64,000 nucleotides of DNA from a virus. Below the pieces are notes generated by a model. It did not search any database. It saw only the letters and a list, made by a program, of their open reading frames with translations, and was not told the DNA's origin. The translations under genes were made by a program, and so were the position numbers. The DNA lies in IMG/VR virus record IMGVR_UViG_3300017728_002360. One strand, 5' to 3'. Numbering within the stretch: the stretch's first letter is position 1; the number at the start of each line of letters is the position of its first letter. This document shows positions 27,761 to 37,560 of this stretch, one piece after another.

Positions 27761-27773
27761 TTTGGTAGTTTTA

Positions 27774-27807
27774 GGGGAGAATCTTTTTTGGTTCTCCCCA
27801 TCTTTTT
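27774..27807 (+). terminator. Rho-independent terminator
   Basis: GGGGAGAATC-TTTTTT-GGTTCTCCCC hairpin followed by ATCTTTTT. Confidence 0.7.
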
Positions 27808-27809
27808 GG

Positions 27810-27838
27810 TTGACAAATCCATTTAAATATACTATAAT
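27810..27838 (+). promoter_or_regulatory. Sigma70 consensus promoter
   Basis: TTGACA-17 nt-TATAAT. Confidence 0.8.
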
Positions 27839-27860
27839 ATACATATAACAATTAGGAAAG

Positions 27861-29180
27861 ATGGCACACATGACTAATATAGCAACAGATCAAGGGCAAG
27901 AAGTTTTAGACAGATGGGAAGAGATCAAGGAAAAAGCTGATCAACTTCCTGAGATTACTGACGAACTTAAAGCAGAAGTTTTAGATAAAATTATTGTAGC
28001 AAGAGTAGGCTTACTACTTAGACATCCATTCTTTGGTAACATGGCTACAAGACTTATTATTAAAGAAGCAAGTGATTGGTGTCCTACTGCGGCCACTGAT
28101 GGTAGACACTTGTTTTATAGTGTTCCTTTCTTTGCTAAGATGACTAACAAAGAAGTTGAGTTTGTTATTGCACACGAGATATTACATTGTGTATATGATC
28201 ATATGACACGTAGAGAAGATAGAGATCCGCAGGTACATAATATCGCGGCTGACTACATTGTTAACAATACACTTGTTAGAGATAACATTGGTGAAAAGCC
28301 TAAAGACATTCCAATTTTCCAAGACTTTAAATATGATGGTAAAACATCAGAAGAAATCTATGATGAGATTTATAACAAATATGATGAAGAAGAATTAAAA
28401 CAATTAGGTCAATTACTTGACGAGCATATTGATTGGGATAAAGATACCCAAGATGGTAATGCTCCTAGCAAAAAAGGTAAGGGTAAAAAAGCTGGTGACA
28501 AGCCTAGTTACTCTAAAGATGAATTACGTAAGATACGTGACGAGATCAAAGAGAATATGATGGCATCTGCACAGGCGGCTGGTGCTGGTAAAGTTCCTAA
28601 AGAAGTTGAAAGAATGATCAAGGAACTTACAGAGCCTAAGATTACTTGGAGAGAATTACTTAGACAACAAATACAAAGTACTATTAAGAATGATTACACA
28701 TTCCAAAGACCTTCACGTAAGGCTTGGCATAGTGGTGTAGTTCTTCCTGGTATGAACTATGATGAAACAATTGATATTGCTATTGCAATTGATATGTCAG
28801 GTTCTATTATGAACGAACAGGCACAGGACTTCTTAGGTGAAGTAAAAGGTATTATGGACGAGTATCAAGACTATAACATTAAACTATGGTGCTTTGATAC
28901 TAAGGTTTACAACGAGCAAGACTTTAGTCCTGACAATGGTCAAGACTTAATGAACTATGAAATCTTCGGTGGCGGTGGTACTGACTTCATGTGTAATTGG
29001 GAGTACATGAAAGAACAGGACATACAACCTAAAAGATTTATTATGTTTACAGATGGTTATCCTTGGGATAACTGGGGTGATGAAAACTATTGTGACACAA
29101 TATTTGTAATTCATTCACATCATGATAAAAACTTGCAGGCGCCTTTTGGTATTACAACTCATTATGAGGAGCAAAAATAA
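27861..29180 (+). CDS. Metallopeptidase-like plus vWA domain protein (DUF2201-type), partner of the MoxR ATPase
   Basis: TAATDG, HEILH (HExxH), MIDAS DMSGS, GGGGTDF, FTDG. Confidence 0.88.
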   Translation: MAHMTNIATDQGQEVLDRWEEIKEKADQLPEITDELKAEVLDKIIVARVGLLLRHPFFGNMATRLIIKEASDWCPTAATDGRHLFYSVPFFAKMTNKEVEFVIAHEILHCVYDHMTRREDRDPQVHNIAADYIVNNTLVRDNIGEKPKDIPIFQDFKYDGKTSEEIYDEIYNKYDEEELKQLGQLLDEHIDWDKDTQDGNAPSKKGKGKKAGDKPSYSKDELRKIRDEIKENMMASAQAAGAGKVPKEVERMIKELTEPKITWRELLRQQIQSTIKNDYTFQRPSRKAWHSGVVLPGMNYDETIDIAIAIDMSGSIMNEQAQDFLGEVKGIMDEYQDYNIKLWCFDTKVYNEQDFSPDNGQDLMNYEIFGGGGTDFMCNWEYMKEQDIQPKRFIMFTDGYPWDNWGDENYCDTIFVIHSHHDKNLQAPFGITTHYEEQK

Positions 29181-29447
29181 TTGAAGCCAAATGCACTAAA
29201 CTTTTTTGATATGAGGGAGACTAAATTTGCCGGCCCTCATTTCGAAGTTATGAATCTAAAGCAACAGTATAATCTAGAAGATGCTTTACGTAAATGGATT
29301 CTAACCAATTTAAAAGGCAGATTTAACATAGGTAAAGAAATGGTTTTGGACACACAGAACCAATACCAAAATCATTTAACGGTTGGATTTGAAGATCCAA
29401 AAGAACTATCTTATTTCATGTTGGCGTGTCCACATCTGAAGTATTAA
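29181..29447 (+). CDS. Hypothetical protein
   Basis: 88 aa; WI..NLKGRF, GFEDPKELSYF.LACP. Confidence 0.6.
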   Translation: MKPNALNFFDMRETKFAGPHFEVMNLKQQYNLEDALRKWILTNLKGRFNIGKEMVLDTQNQYQNHLTVGFEDPKELSYFMLACPHLKY

Positions 29448-29498
29448 TAAATATTAAGTAGGTATATAATTATACTACTATTAATAGGAGAGACATAA

Positions 29499-29834
29499 AT
29501 GTCAGAAGAAAATAAAACTGCAACGGCTCCGGCAACTCCGGAACCAAGTATGGCGACAGCACCGACGGGTGCTCCAGCTGGTGCTCCAGTTCAAGAACTT
29601 ACAGTTCAAGACTTGGGAGTATTAAAAACAATCATTGAAGTAGCACAAAGTCGTGGGGCATTTAAAGCCAACGAACTTGAGGCTGTTGGAAAGACGTATT
29701 CTAAACTAGAATCATTTTTAGCTTCAATTCAAAATCAACAAGTAGCAAAAGATCCAGCTCAAGCATCAGCAACTGCACCAGCAACTGCTCCTGCAAGTGA
29801 GCCAATTGATCCAACTACAGGAGAGGTAAAATAA
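29499..29834 (+). CDS. Conserved hypothetical protein with Pro/Ala-rich arms
   Basis: LTVQDL...IIEVA.SRGAFKA.E...VG..Y.KL..FL core; AGGAG RBS. Confidence 0.7.
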   Translation: MSEENKTATAPATPEPSMATAPTGAPAGAPVQELTVQDLGVLKTIIEVAQSRGAFKANELEAVGKTYSKLESFLASIQNQQVAKDPAQASATAPATAPASEPIDPTTGEVK

Positions 29835-30445
29835 TGGCCTTAAAACACATAGGAAGATTCAAAGAAACGGGACGTAAAGTTGCCGTTGTCTTTAGAACAT
29901 TACCAGACGATCCAGATAGTGCTTTAGTAGTACAAACTGAGAACCTGAGTGATGGAGACCACGATACTCTAATCAATATGTTAGAGTCTAACACAGGACA
30001 AACTGCTGACGAATTAGCAGATGCTATGCAACGAACACAACTAAACGATGGTAGTGTTATGTTGCCAAACTTTCATGTTAACGGCAAGTTAACTAAGGTG
30101 AAAACTAGCGATGTCGAGATGACACCTGATATGTCAACTACAATTTCACTTGATGAATTAAACAAGGTAATTGCAGAACAAAAAGGCGTATCGGTTGCTG
30201 ACTTGGCTGTTGGTGGAACATCAGTGGAAGAAGTAGGATCTATGTCTGCACCAAGCACTACAGTACCAAGCGGAGAAGCGGCGGCTACTGTAAATGCGGC
30301 AAATGAAAAACCTTTATCAGATGAAGATTTAGCTAAAAATATGAGAGCTGATGCTGATAGGATGTTCAAAGAAGCAGAAAGACTACGTAAAGAAGCTGAG
30401 GATTTAAGCCCAAGTAAGAAGGCCAAATCCAGTGCCAAGGGTTAG
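29834..30445 (+). CDS. Conserved hypothetical protein
   Basis: MALKHIGR...V.FRTLP, MTP, C-terminal coiled coil. Confidence 0.7.
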   Translation: MALKHIGRFKETGRKVAVVFRTLPDDPDSALVVQTENLSDGDHDTLINMLESNTGQTADELADAMQRTQLNDGSVMLPNFHVNGKLTKVKTSDVEMTPDMSTTISLDELNKVIAEQKGVSVADLAVGGTSVEEVGSMSAPSTTVPSGEAAATVNAANEKPLSDEDLAKNMRADADRMFKEAERLRKEAEDLSPSKKAKSSAKG

Positions 30446-30755
30446 TAAGCCCAAGAGTAAAAGGCTTCCTGTAGAGGTTGTTTCCAAATGGCCCGACGTA
30501 TTCGGAGACGTAGACGTTCATGCCATTCCGTTAGAGTACTTAGACTCATTAAGAGTTCGTTTTAATAACGGCAAGAGCTGGGAAGTAACAGTAGACTTAA
30601 CTAAGAACCCTGTTAAACAACTAGAAAAGACGCTAAAAGACCTGTTTAATACTTATGATAGCAGTATTAAGCACGTTGATTTTAAGCTAGATACAGATAG
30701 GCTTAAAAAAGATGTACAAAAACGTACCAGAAAGTTCATTAAGCATCGTAAGTAA
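30432..30755 (+). CDS. Hypothetical protein
   Basis: WPDVF.D..V.AIP.EYL, VDFKLD...K.D..K.T. Confidence 0.65.
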   Translation: MPRVSKPKSKRLPVEVVSKWPDVFGDVDVHAIPLEYLDSLRVRFNNGKSWEVTVDLTKNPVKQLEKTLKDLFNTYDSSIKHVDFKLDTDRLKKDVQKRTRKFIKHRK

Positions 30756-30769
30756 TATATGCAAAAAGG

Positions 30770-30777
30770 TATAAATA
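30770..30777 (+). promoter_or_regulatory. T4 late promoter TATAAATA
   Basis: Exact consensus upstream of a structural gene. Confidence 0.75.
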
Positions 30778-30805
30778 CATATAACAGATCCAGGAGTTAT
30801 TTGAA

Positions 30806-32185
30806 ATGGCATTAAAACTTAGACGAGGTACAGACTCACAAAGACAGCTAATCACGCCAGCTGATGGTGAATTAGTTTATACAACAGACACCAAGAAGTT
30901 GTTCGTAGGTGATGGCTCTACTGCTGGAGGTAATCCAGTTGATACTGCTGGTACTGAGCTAGGTTCAAATCTTTCATTAAACAACTACAACTTAAACGGA
31001 ACAGGTAACATTAACGTAGACGGTAACATGACACTTACCGGCAATATTACTGCTGATGGTAACTTAACGTTGGGTGGTAATTTAACTGTTGGTGATGCTA
31101 ATACAGATACCTTAAATTTAACTGCTAAGATCGAGTCACACTTATTACCAGATGTTGATAGTGCTAGAAACGTAGGTTCTAGTGTATTAAGATGGGGACA
31201 AGGACACTTTGGTACTTTAGCAGTAACTGATGATATTAATGCTGGATCCGTTAATGCTAACATCATTGGTGACGATAGTACAGTAATTTTAAATAAAGCA
31301 ACTGGAGCCATTAATGCTACAGGAACTTTTAAAGGTGATGTCAAAGCAACTGATAACTCAAGTTTCTTTAATGCAACTTCAAAGGCTGTTAACGCAGGTT
31401 CTATTACGGCAACAGGGGCCATTAGTGCTCCAAGTATAACTGCTGAAAGCATTGTTGGTAACTTCAAAGGTACTATTGTTGGAGATGATTCAACTGTACT
31501 AGTTGATGCTGTCAACAGTACTGTAAATTTAGCTAACGGCGAGATTGCTATTGTTGGTGGAGTGCTAAAAGCTACACAGAGTATTTTTCAAATTAGTGAC
31601 ACAACAGAAAACATTAACACAGAATTACATTTATATCACGGACCAGGTGGAAACTTTAGTTCACAGAAGTTTCACTCAATTGGAGGAAGTGAATCACTAG
31701 ATCCAGGAGGAATTGGATTTAGAGGTTATGCAGGTGGCTTCATAGGATCAGGCAATGAAGTACAAATGAGTGCAGGTGATTACCTAGGTCAAATTAACTC
31801 ACAAACATATGACCCAGTACACAATGGTGGAACAAGTATTATTTCATCACAGATTGCATTTAGACTTGATCCAGATGAAACAGTAACAAATGATACTGCA
31901 AAAGGTCAAATTGAATTTGTTAATAACAAAGGAACAGGTACATCAGTTGTTTCAAGTGTTATGATATTTGATGCACAAGGTAGACTTGGTGTAAACAAAC
32001 AGAATCCTGCGTCAAACTTAGACGTAGAAGGTACTGCTGAATTTTCAGGAACAGTAAAATTTGCAAGTATGACAACTGTACAAAGAGACGCTTTAGGTAG
32101 TGTTGCTCAAGGTATGGTAATCTACAATACTACTGCAAGTAAATTCCAAGGACGCACAGGCGTTGCTTGGGTCGACTTACACTAA
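30806..32185 (+). CDS. Tail fibre / virion structural protein (Mtd_N-like N-terminus)
   Basis: MALKLRRGT...GELVYTTDTKKLFVGDGSTAGG; G/N/T-rich beta repeats (two GDDSTV units); C-terminal GMVIYNTT..KFQG...W. Confidence 0.8.
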   Translation: MALKLRRGTDSQRQLITPADGELVYTTDTKKLFVGDGSTAGGNPVDTAGTELGSNLSLNNYNLNGTGNINVDGNMTLTGNITADGNLTLGGNLTVGDANTDTLNLTAKIESHLLPDVDSARNVGSSVLRWGQGHFGTLAVTDDINAGSVNANIIGDDSTVILNKATGAINATGTFKGDVKATDNSSFFNATSKAVNAGSITATGAISAPSITAESIVGNFKGTIVGDDSTVLVDAVNSTVNLANGEIAIVGGVLKATQSIFQISDTTENINTELHLYHGPGGNFSSQKFHSIGGSESLDPGGIGFRGYAGGFIGSGNEVQMSAGDYLGQINSQTYDPVHNGGTSIISSQIAFRLDPDETVTNDTAKGQIEFVNNKGTGTSVVSSVMIFDAQGRLGVNKQNPASNLDVEGTAEFSGTVKFASMTTVQRDALGSVAQGMVIYNTTASKFQGRTGVAWVDLH

Positions 32186-32725
32186 ATTATAAGGATTTTT
32201 TATAAAGCGAATGCTTAAGGCTAGCCGTGTCTTATCAGTATTGTTTATAACTTTGTGTGGTTGATTAATATCAAACAATACAGGTTTGTTTAAAGTGAAC
32301 CTAGCTACTTCTTCAAACGTACTATCAGGACTAAAAACTTTATAGCTTTTACCCCCACCTGCTACAGTTTCATCTTCAATGATAATTTCTTTACCTGTTA
32401 GATGCTTATACATTTCTGTATGTGTATCTTCACAGTTCTGTACAGGAAAGTTTAGTCCGTAATTTTGATCAACGGGTCTGTAATCAGTATGTGGCAATTT
32501 AGTAGCAGGTTGTTCATTATGTTTATGAACCTTGATACCTACTAACCAACCCACTTCACAATCGTTCCATTTACACCATTCTAGGAACAAAGGACAATCT
32601 GTTTTAAACTTATCCACGTCTAGTTTAACAACAGGATCATCAGAGGTCTGTATGTTTTCTAATCCCCACTCTTTGATCTCTTGTGAGACCCTATCATCTA
32701 TGTCAATGTGCTTATAATAAAACAT
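32177..32725 (-). CDS. Cupin/2OG-oxygenase-like hypothetical protein
   Basis: PHTD, LNFP, P.LFDINQPH.V.N, RLALSIRF. Confidence 0.6.
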   Translation of the reverse strand: MFYYKHIDIDDRVSQEIKEWGLENIQTSDDPVVKLDVDKFKTDCPLFLEWCKWNDCEVGWLVGIKVHKHNEQPATKLPHTDYRPVDQNYGLNFPVQNCEDTHTEMYKHLTGKEIIIEDETVAGGGKSYKVFSPDSTFEEVARFTLNKPVLFDINQPHKVINNTDKTRLALSIRFIKNPYNLV

Positions 32726-33281
32726 GATCTTCCCACGGGTGTTTATCTAAATGTGCTAGAAACTCTTTTGGATTAAGTTTCCATACCGTTTGTTTTACAC
32801 CTCTATAATCTATTTCTTTAATCTTTGTAAACAATCCTTGCTTGGTCATTATAGGCAACCATACTCTATGTACTGCTCTTTGTGACCCGCCCTCTGAATC
32901 GTTTGTAGTACAATACATATTGCTATCCATACCACACCATTCAATCATCTTAGGAACGTAAAAACGTGAACTAAGATCTTCACAACGTTTCATTCTTCCC
33001 ATTGATCCTGCATTGTGTAACATACCGCCAACTGCACAGGTTCTTGTTAGTATACGATAACTGTTTTCTCCCATCTCTGGAAATGTATGTACTGCGGTTG
33101 CTCCCATGGCTTTGTCATCTTTAAACAATATAAACACTTGACTCTTTTCTTCATTGTTAAAAGCATCAATCATAATTTTTTGATTTGAGTTGTTTACGTA
33201 ACCCTGTTCGGCCGCTTCCTTGTAAAAATCTGTTAGGTCCATGTCCGGACTATGTTCTAAAAGTTTATAATATGTTTTCAT
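32712..33281 (-). CDS. Hypothetical protein, possible GNAT fold
   Basis: 189 aa; alpha/beta pattern with YRILTRTC and MYCTTN. Confidence 0.45.
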   Translation of the reverse strand: MKTYYKLLEHSPDMDLTDFYKEAAEQGYVNNSNQKIMIDAFNNEEKSQVFILFKDDKAMGATAVHTFPEMGENSYRILTRTCAVGGMLHNAGSMGRMKRCEDLSSRFYVPKMIEWCGMDSNMYCTTNDSEGGSQRAVHRVWLPIMTKQGLFTKIKEIDYRGVKQTVWKLNPKEFLAHLDKHPWEDHVLL

Positions 33282-34101
33282 AATTAAATGCTATTCTGTG
33301 AAGTATTCTATCTTCCATCTTTTCGTATGCCCAACGTTTGTGTATGCTTAACCATTGTTCACTAATTACAACATCACCATCTTCCCAATGATGATCGTAG
33401 ATGAACTGTGGTTGTGTAACGTGTTCTATAAGCCTACCCATTAGGTCTTCAAATTCGTCTTTTGTTTTTCCTGGCATACCAAGTATTTGCAAGAAAGGAA
33501 AATACATACCTGTCTTACCTGCGTCATTGGTGTGTACCAAACTAAAAGGTTTATCTTCTGCATGATGTTCTATAAAGAACTTGCTAGGACTGTATGATCC
33601 GCTTTTATATCCTAGTGTTATTAACGAGTCTTTTATTTCGTGTTTAAGCGAGTCACTCATTGCTTCGTAACTAGCAATATTATTAAGCCAACTTGTTTTG
33701 CTACCTTTAGTACCTTCAACTCCGTATAACCATATCAAAGGATCACGTTCATAGTTACTTGCCTGGTTGGCGTGCCAATCTAATGCAGATGTATGTCCAA
33801 ACAATCCTTCTTCACCCTTGTCATTCTTTTGTCCTGTAACACGAAGTATATGATTACCAACTGCTAGATGTTCTGTGCGTTGCCCTTCTTTGGGCTTCGT
33901 AGGATCTAGTATGTATTGTACGTTACCAATGTGTTTACAAAAATTAACTTCCTGCTCTGGTGTAAGAGTTTGATTCTTTACCACAACTACCATATTAGAT
34001 AAAATTAAACTTGCTATCTCTTTTGCAGTAGCAATATCAACATCTGCTAGATTTAAATCTTCTAGCTCTATGGCCCAATCATTTAAGTAATTAATCTTCA
34101 T
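33265..34101 (-). CDS. TauD/TfdA-family dioxygenase
   Basis: VVVKNQTLTPEQ, DWHAN, H.WEDGDVVI, IHKR, RILHR. Confidence 0.82.
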   Translation of the reverse strand: MKINYLNDWAIELEDLNLADVDIATAKEIASLILSNMVVVVKNQTLTPEQEVNFCKHIGNVQYILDPTKPKEGQRTEHLAVGNHILRVTGQKNDKGEEGLFGHTSALDWHANQASNYERDPLIWLYGVEGTKGSKTSWLNNIASYEAMSDSLKHEIKDSLITLGYKSGSYSPSKFFIEHHAEDKPFSLVHTNDAGKTGMYFPFLQILGMPGKTKDEFEDLMGRLIEHVTQPQFIYDHHWEDGDVVISEQWLSIHKRWAYEKMEDRILHRIAFNYENIL

Positions 34102-34795
34102 TTACGTAACTTTCTAAATCTTCTGGTGTTCCAATACCTTGCATTGACACTACGTCAAATGCACAAACATTCGCACCTTCCTTTATAGTGTAGTTATACA
34201 CAGGGCAAGTGTAAAATTCATTGTTTACCCTATCATTGGCTTCTATCATTTGATCTATGTTTCTAAACATCTGTCCAGCATCACGCCAATAATAATATCC
34301 TACTGTAGCTCTATCTGATATTGCTTTCTTTTCTGCAACCTCTACAACTTTGTCTGCGACAGTTTTTGCAAAACTCCATTTAGGATTTCTGTCAGGACAT
34401 TCAAACGTTGCTATAAGTCCGTCAATGCCATTGTCTATAATTGTTCTAACTTTATTGCTATCCCATTCTACACTCTGATCACAGTTACTAACAAACACAC
34501 TATCGCCTTCAGCAAATAGCTCTTTGGCTTTGTATAGTGTACAAGCAGTACCTTCTGTGAGTTCGTCCAGCTCTATAACTGTTGCATTAGAATATAAATC
34601 TTTTATTGTGTCTGTGATATTATGATCCTTACGTACTATAAAAATACGTTCATCAAAATCAATACCTATCTGTTGTTCAGTATATTGAAACATAGGAATT
34701 CCTTTTACAGGAACTAAAGGCTTAGGTGTATCATATCCTTTTTCTTTAAATCTGTTTCCTTCGCCTGCCATAGGCATTATTAACTTAATACTCAT
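34091..34795 (-). CDS. Sugar-phosphate nucleotidyltransferase-like protein (BcbE/GT2_BcE-like)
   Basis: MPMAGEGNRF..GY..PKPL, TEGTACT, NCDQ, WSF, AEK, NNEFY.CPVYN, GTPEDL. Confidence 0.85.
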   Translation of the reverse strand: MSIKLIMPMAGEGNRFKEKGYDTPKPLVPVKGIPMFQYTEQQIGIDFDERIFIVRKDHNITDTIKDLYSNATVIELDELTEGTACTLYKAKELFAEGDSVFVSNCDQSVEWDSNKVRTIIDNGIDGLIATFECPDRNPKWSFAKTVADKVVEVAEKKAISDRATVGYYYWRDAGQMFRNIDQMIEANDRVNNEFYTCPVYNYTIKEGANVCAFDVVSMQGIGTPEDLESYVNED

Positions 34796-35369
34796 TTAAT
34801 AACCTCTTTAAATGTTCTACATTACTTACTTGTTTTACGGTAGCCGTAGTAGATGTTGCGGCTTGTATACCAACGGGACTATCCTCGAATATAACTGTTT
34901 GTGTAGGTGCAACTCCATAATGATACATAGCATAATAGTACATATCAACTTCAGGCTTTGCTCTGTGTTCCGTTGCAGTTAATACAGGATCAAACATATC
35001 TAACTCTTGTATCTTTAAACTTCTTTCAACAAACTTACGTGTTGCATTTGAGCAAACTGCAAGTTTATATTTTTTACTTAATCTAACAAATATATCTTTA
35101 AGTTCTTGATCAAACTTGATATACTTGCTTAAATCGTTCATTGTATATTCTTGTTTAAGATCCATTAACAAGGTTTCATCAAACTTGTAACCTTTTGCTT
35201 TGATATGTTCTATCTTACCAAAGGTAGGCATTCCTTCGACTTCTTCGTCGGTGTATTGTATTGCATTGTTGACTTTGGTACAAGCCCTTCTAAAGGCCTG
35301 TTGGTGTAATGGCTTACAGTCTGCCAACGTACCATCAAAGTCTAATATTAGTAAGTTAACAGTTTCCAT
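34785..35369 (-). CDS. HAD phosphatase (beta-PGM-like)
   Basis: ILDFDGTL, CSNA, KPE, IFEDSPVGIQAA. Confidence 0.88.
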   Translation of the reverse strand: METVNLLILDFDGTLADCKPLHQQAFRRACTKVNNAIQYTDEEVEGMPTFGKIEHIKAKGYKFDETLLMDLKQEYTMNDLSKYIKFDQELKDIFVRLSKKYKLAVCSNATRKFVERSLKIQELDMFDPVLTATEHRAKPEVDMYYYAMYHYGVAPTQTVIFEDSPVGIQAATSTTATVKQVSNVEHLKRLLNEY

Positions 35370-36103
35370 TCTATCTCATCTCTTAGGAAAATATTTTCTC
35401 CTGCATCACCAGTTAGTATGGCTTGCCAAATATGTGTATTCTTTACCCTGCGTTCTCCAAGTTCCATGAGCCAGGGATTTTCTTGAATTGACTCTATTGA
35501 TGTTAAAGGATCATCAGCCCACGGAAGTAAATTCTTAAACATTTCGTACGGACCTGCATAGTACCAATCCTCAGCTCTAAAGCAATCGTCATCAAAACTT
35601 ATCTCTGGACAATGTATCTTACCTTCTTGGAATTCAGGCAACGGACCTTTGCCTGCCGCATCAGATCTTCCTAGCCAAACATAATCATACTTGTTTGCAT
35701 TCTTTAAATTAAAACCAGCTATGCTTCTAAATGCTTTGGCTCTGCTAATATATTGTCCACAAGGAAAATTGTCAACATTAAAACTAGGATCGTAATCTTC
35801 TACTTCAATAAACTTAGGATTGTATATGCTATACTGATTAAGAATAGTTTCCTTGTTATTTTTTACTATCTCCCAATCGGGCGGATAGTATTTTGTTACC
35901 GCAGATGTTTCTGGGCGTGTACCGTCACCGTAGCGATACTTCTCATTGTCTTTGGTCCACTTACCAATTTGTGTCCAACTGTGTATGTATGTGTGTACCT
36001 TGTACTTCTCACATAACTGTTTATAGATTTCATCTTGCTTGTATGTTTCTGCTACTAGTCTAGCTTCACCGCCAATAACGTATGCTAGTGTTTTCTTTTT
36101 CAT
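35348..36103 (-). CDS. Hypothetical protein, possible glycosyltransferase-like
   Basis: G..R, YIHSW, YD.V...RSD pattern seen in polysaccharide-locus proteins. Confidence 0.5.
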   Translation of the reverse strand: MKKKTLAYVIGGEARLVAETYKQDEIYKQLCEKYKVHTYIHSWTQIGKWTKDNEKYRYGDGTRPETSAVTKYYPPDWEIVKNNKETILNQYSIYNPKFIEVEDYDPSFNVDNFPCGQYISRAKAFRSIAGFNLKNANKYDYVWLGRSDAAGKGPLPEFQEGKIHCPEISFDDDCFRAEDWYYAGPYEMFKNLLPWADDPLTSIESIQENPWLMELGERRVKNTHIWQAILTGDAGENIFLRDEIEWKLLTY

Positions 36104-37560
36104 CTGTACCTCACATGGGTATAATCATTCTTTATACTTTCGTTTAGATCCATAGCCACGTAATCATGTCCGTACAATGTAAGGTCTGGAGGAATAAGTC
36201 CTTTAAACTTTTTATACTTTAATTCTAACTGCTCCGGCTCTTCATTCCAATGTAACATTTCGCTTGACCAAATGTTTGTGGTCCATAATACTTTGTTACC
36301 CTGTTGGGCTTGTATAAGGTTAAACAAGTTTTCACTTTCGTTAACAATATCTATTTTGTAGAAGTTATGTTCAAGTTCTACATACCTATCCCACAACTGT
36401 TTAAATGCTATTGCACCACCAAATTCATTTAATTCTTGATGCCAATATGACTCGTAATTGCCTCTATACGTTGAGCTGAAGTTATACTTTAGGTCGTGTT
36501 CCAGTAGCCATAGGTGTAAATCCAAGCCATCCCACGTCTCTAATAGGTGTCTTTTGTATAGTAAACTAGCATCGCACCAATCAAAGTAGTGTACCCTTGT
36601 AAGTTCGTTGAATCCGTTTGTGTTTAATATTGCTAAAGGCTTAAAGCCTGCGGCCGCACTAAACAAGTGATCTATAGTTCCTGTGCGTTTACCTTCTGCT
36701 GATAATGTTTCTGTGTTAAACGCATATACTCTATCCTTTTCAATTTCTTCTTGATATCCTAGTTTGCGTATCCACGCCTTTTGATTATACTCTAATGTAT
36801 CTACTATAGGATCATATCGTTTGTTTAACCATACTTTTTCTAATGACTTGCTTTTATTGTATGGATATAAGAATACCTTGCACTCACGCATATCTAAAGT
36901 AAGGTTGTCTATTTGAATATTGTTTCTACAAGCTAGGTCAATCCAGTTGCTACCGTCTGATGTTATTTCCCATTTAGATTCGCCTGTATCTGATCTTACC
37001 CAAGCTGGAGTGTATTCACTGTTTACTGTATTTTTACTGAACGTTACATTTCTGTATGTAGGTTTTCTATCATGGAATATGCCTAGTTCATCAAACTCTG
37101 GCTTTCCTAGTTCTGTCCATTTGTCTAAATTAACAAATAGGTATTGTCTGTGCAATCCGGGATAAGCACCATGTGTTATATAATGGTGTTGACTTTTCTT
37201 GTCCATGATATGTCCAACTACAAAAAAGTCTGGTTTGTCTTTTGCGTATTCTAAACTTTTTGTAACTAAACTAGGTCCTCTAAATAACAAAAGACCTTGA
37301 CAAGCAATCATGCAATATTTTTTATTCTTTTGTATTGCATTTTCTAATAACTGTTTTACACTACTATCAAAGCCAACGTATGAAGCTAGTTTCATTTTTA
37401 ACATACGATTAACATAAAAGTATGTCATGTCGAATGTACGTTTACTTACAAACTCGCTTTCTATATCACGAGATATGTCAAGTATACCTATACCTACTTC
37501 GTTATTGTTTGATAAATCCTCGTAGTATCTATCTACTGATAGACTATTCCAATCCTTCAT
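36100..37560 (-). CDS. Large hypothetical protein
   Basis: 486 aa; GHI.D, LHRQ.LFVNL..W, AAGFK, YFD. Confidence 0.65.
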   Translation of the reverse strand: MKDWNSLSVDRYYEDLSNNNEVGIGILDISRDIESEFVSKRTFDMTYFYVNRMLKMKLASYVGFDSSVKQLLENAIQKNKKYCMIACQGLLLFRGPSLVTKSLEYAKDKPDFFVVGHIMDKKSQHHYITHGAYPGLHRQYLFVNLDKWTELGKPEFDELGIFHDRKPTYRNVTFSKNTVNSEYTPAWVRSDTGESKWEITSDGSNWIDLACRNNIQIDNLTLDMRECKVFLYPYNKSKSLEKVWLNKRYDPIVDTLEYNQKAWIRKLGYQEEIEKDRVYAFNTETLSAEGKRTGTIDHLFSAAAGFKPLAILNTNGFNELTRVHYFDWCDASLLYKRHLLETWDGLDLHLWLLEHDLKYNFSSTYRGNYESYWHQELNEFGGAIAFKQLWDRYVELEHNFYKIDIVNESENLFNLIQAQQGNKVLWTTNIWSSEMLHWNEEPEQLELKYKKFKGLIPPDLTLYGHDYVAMDLNESIKNDYTHVRYR

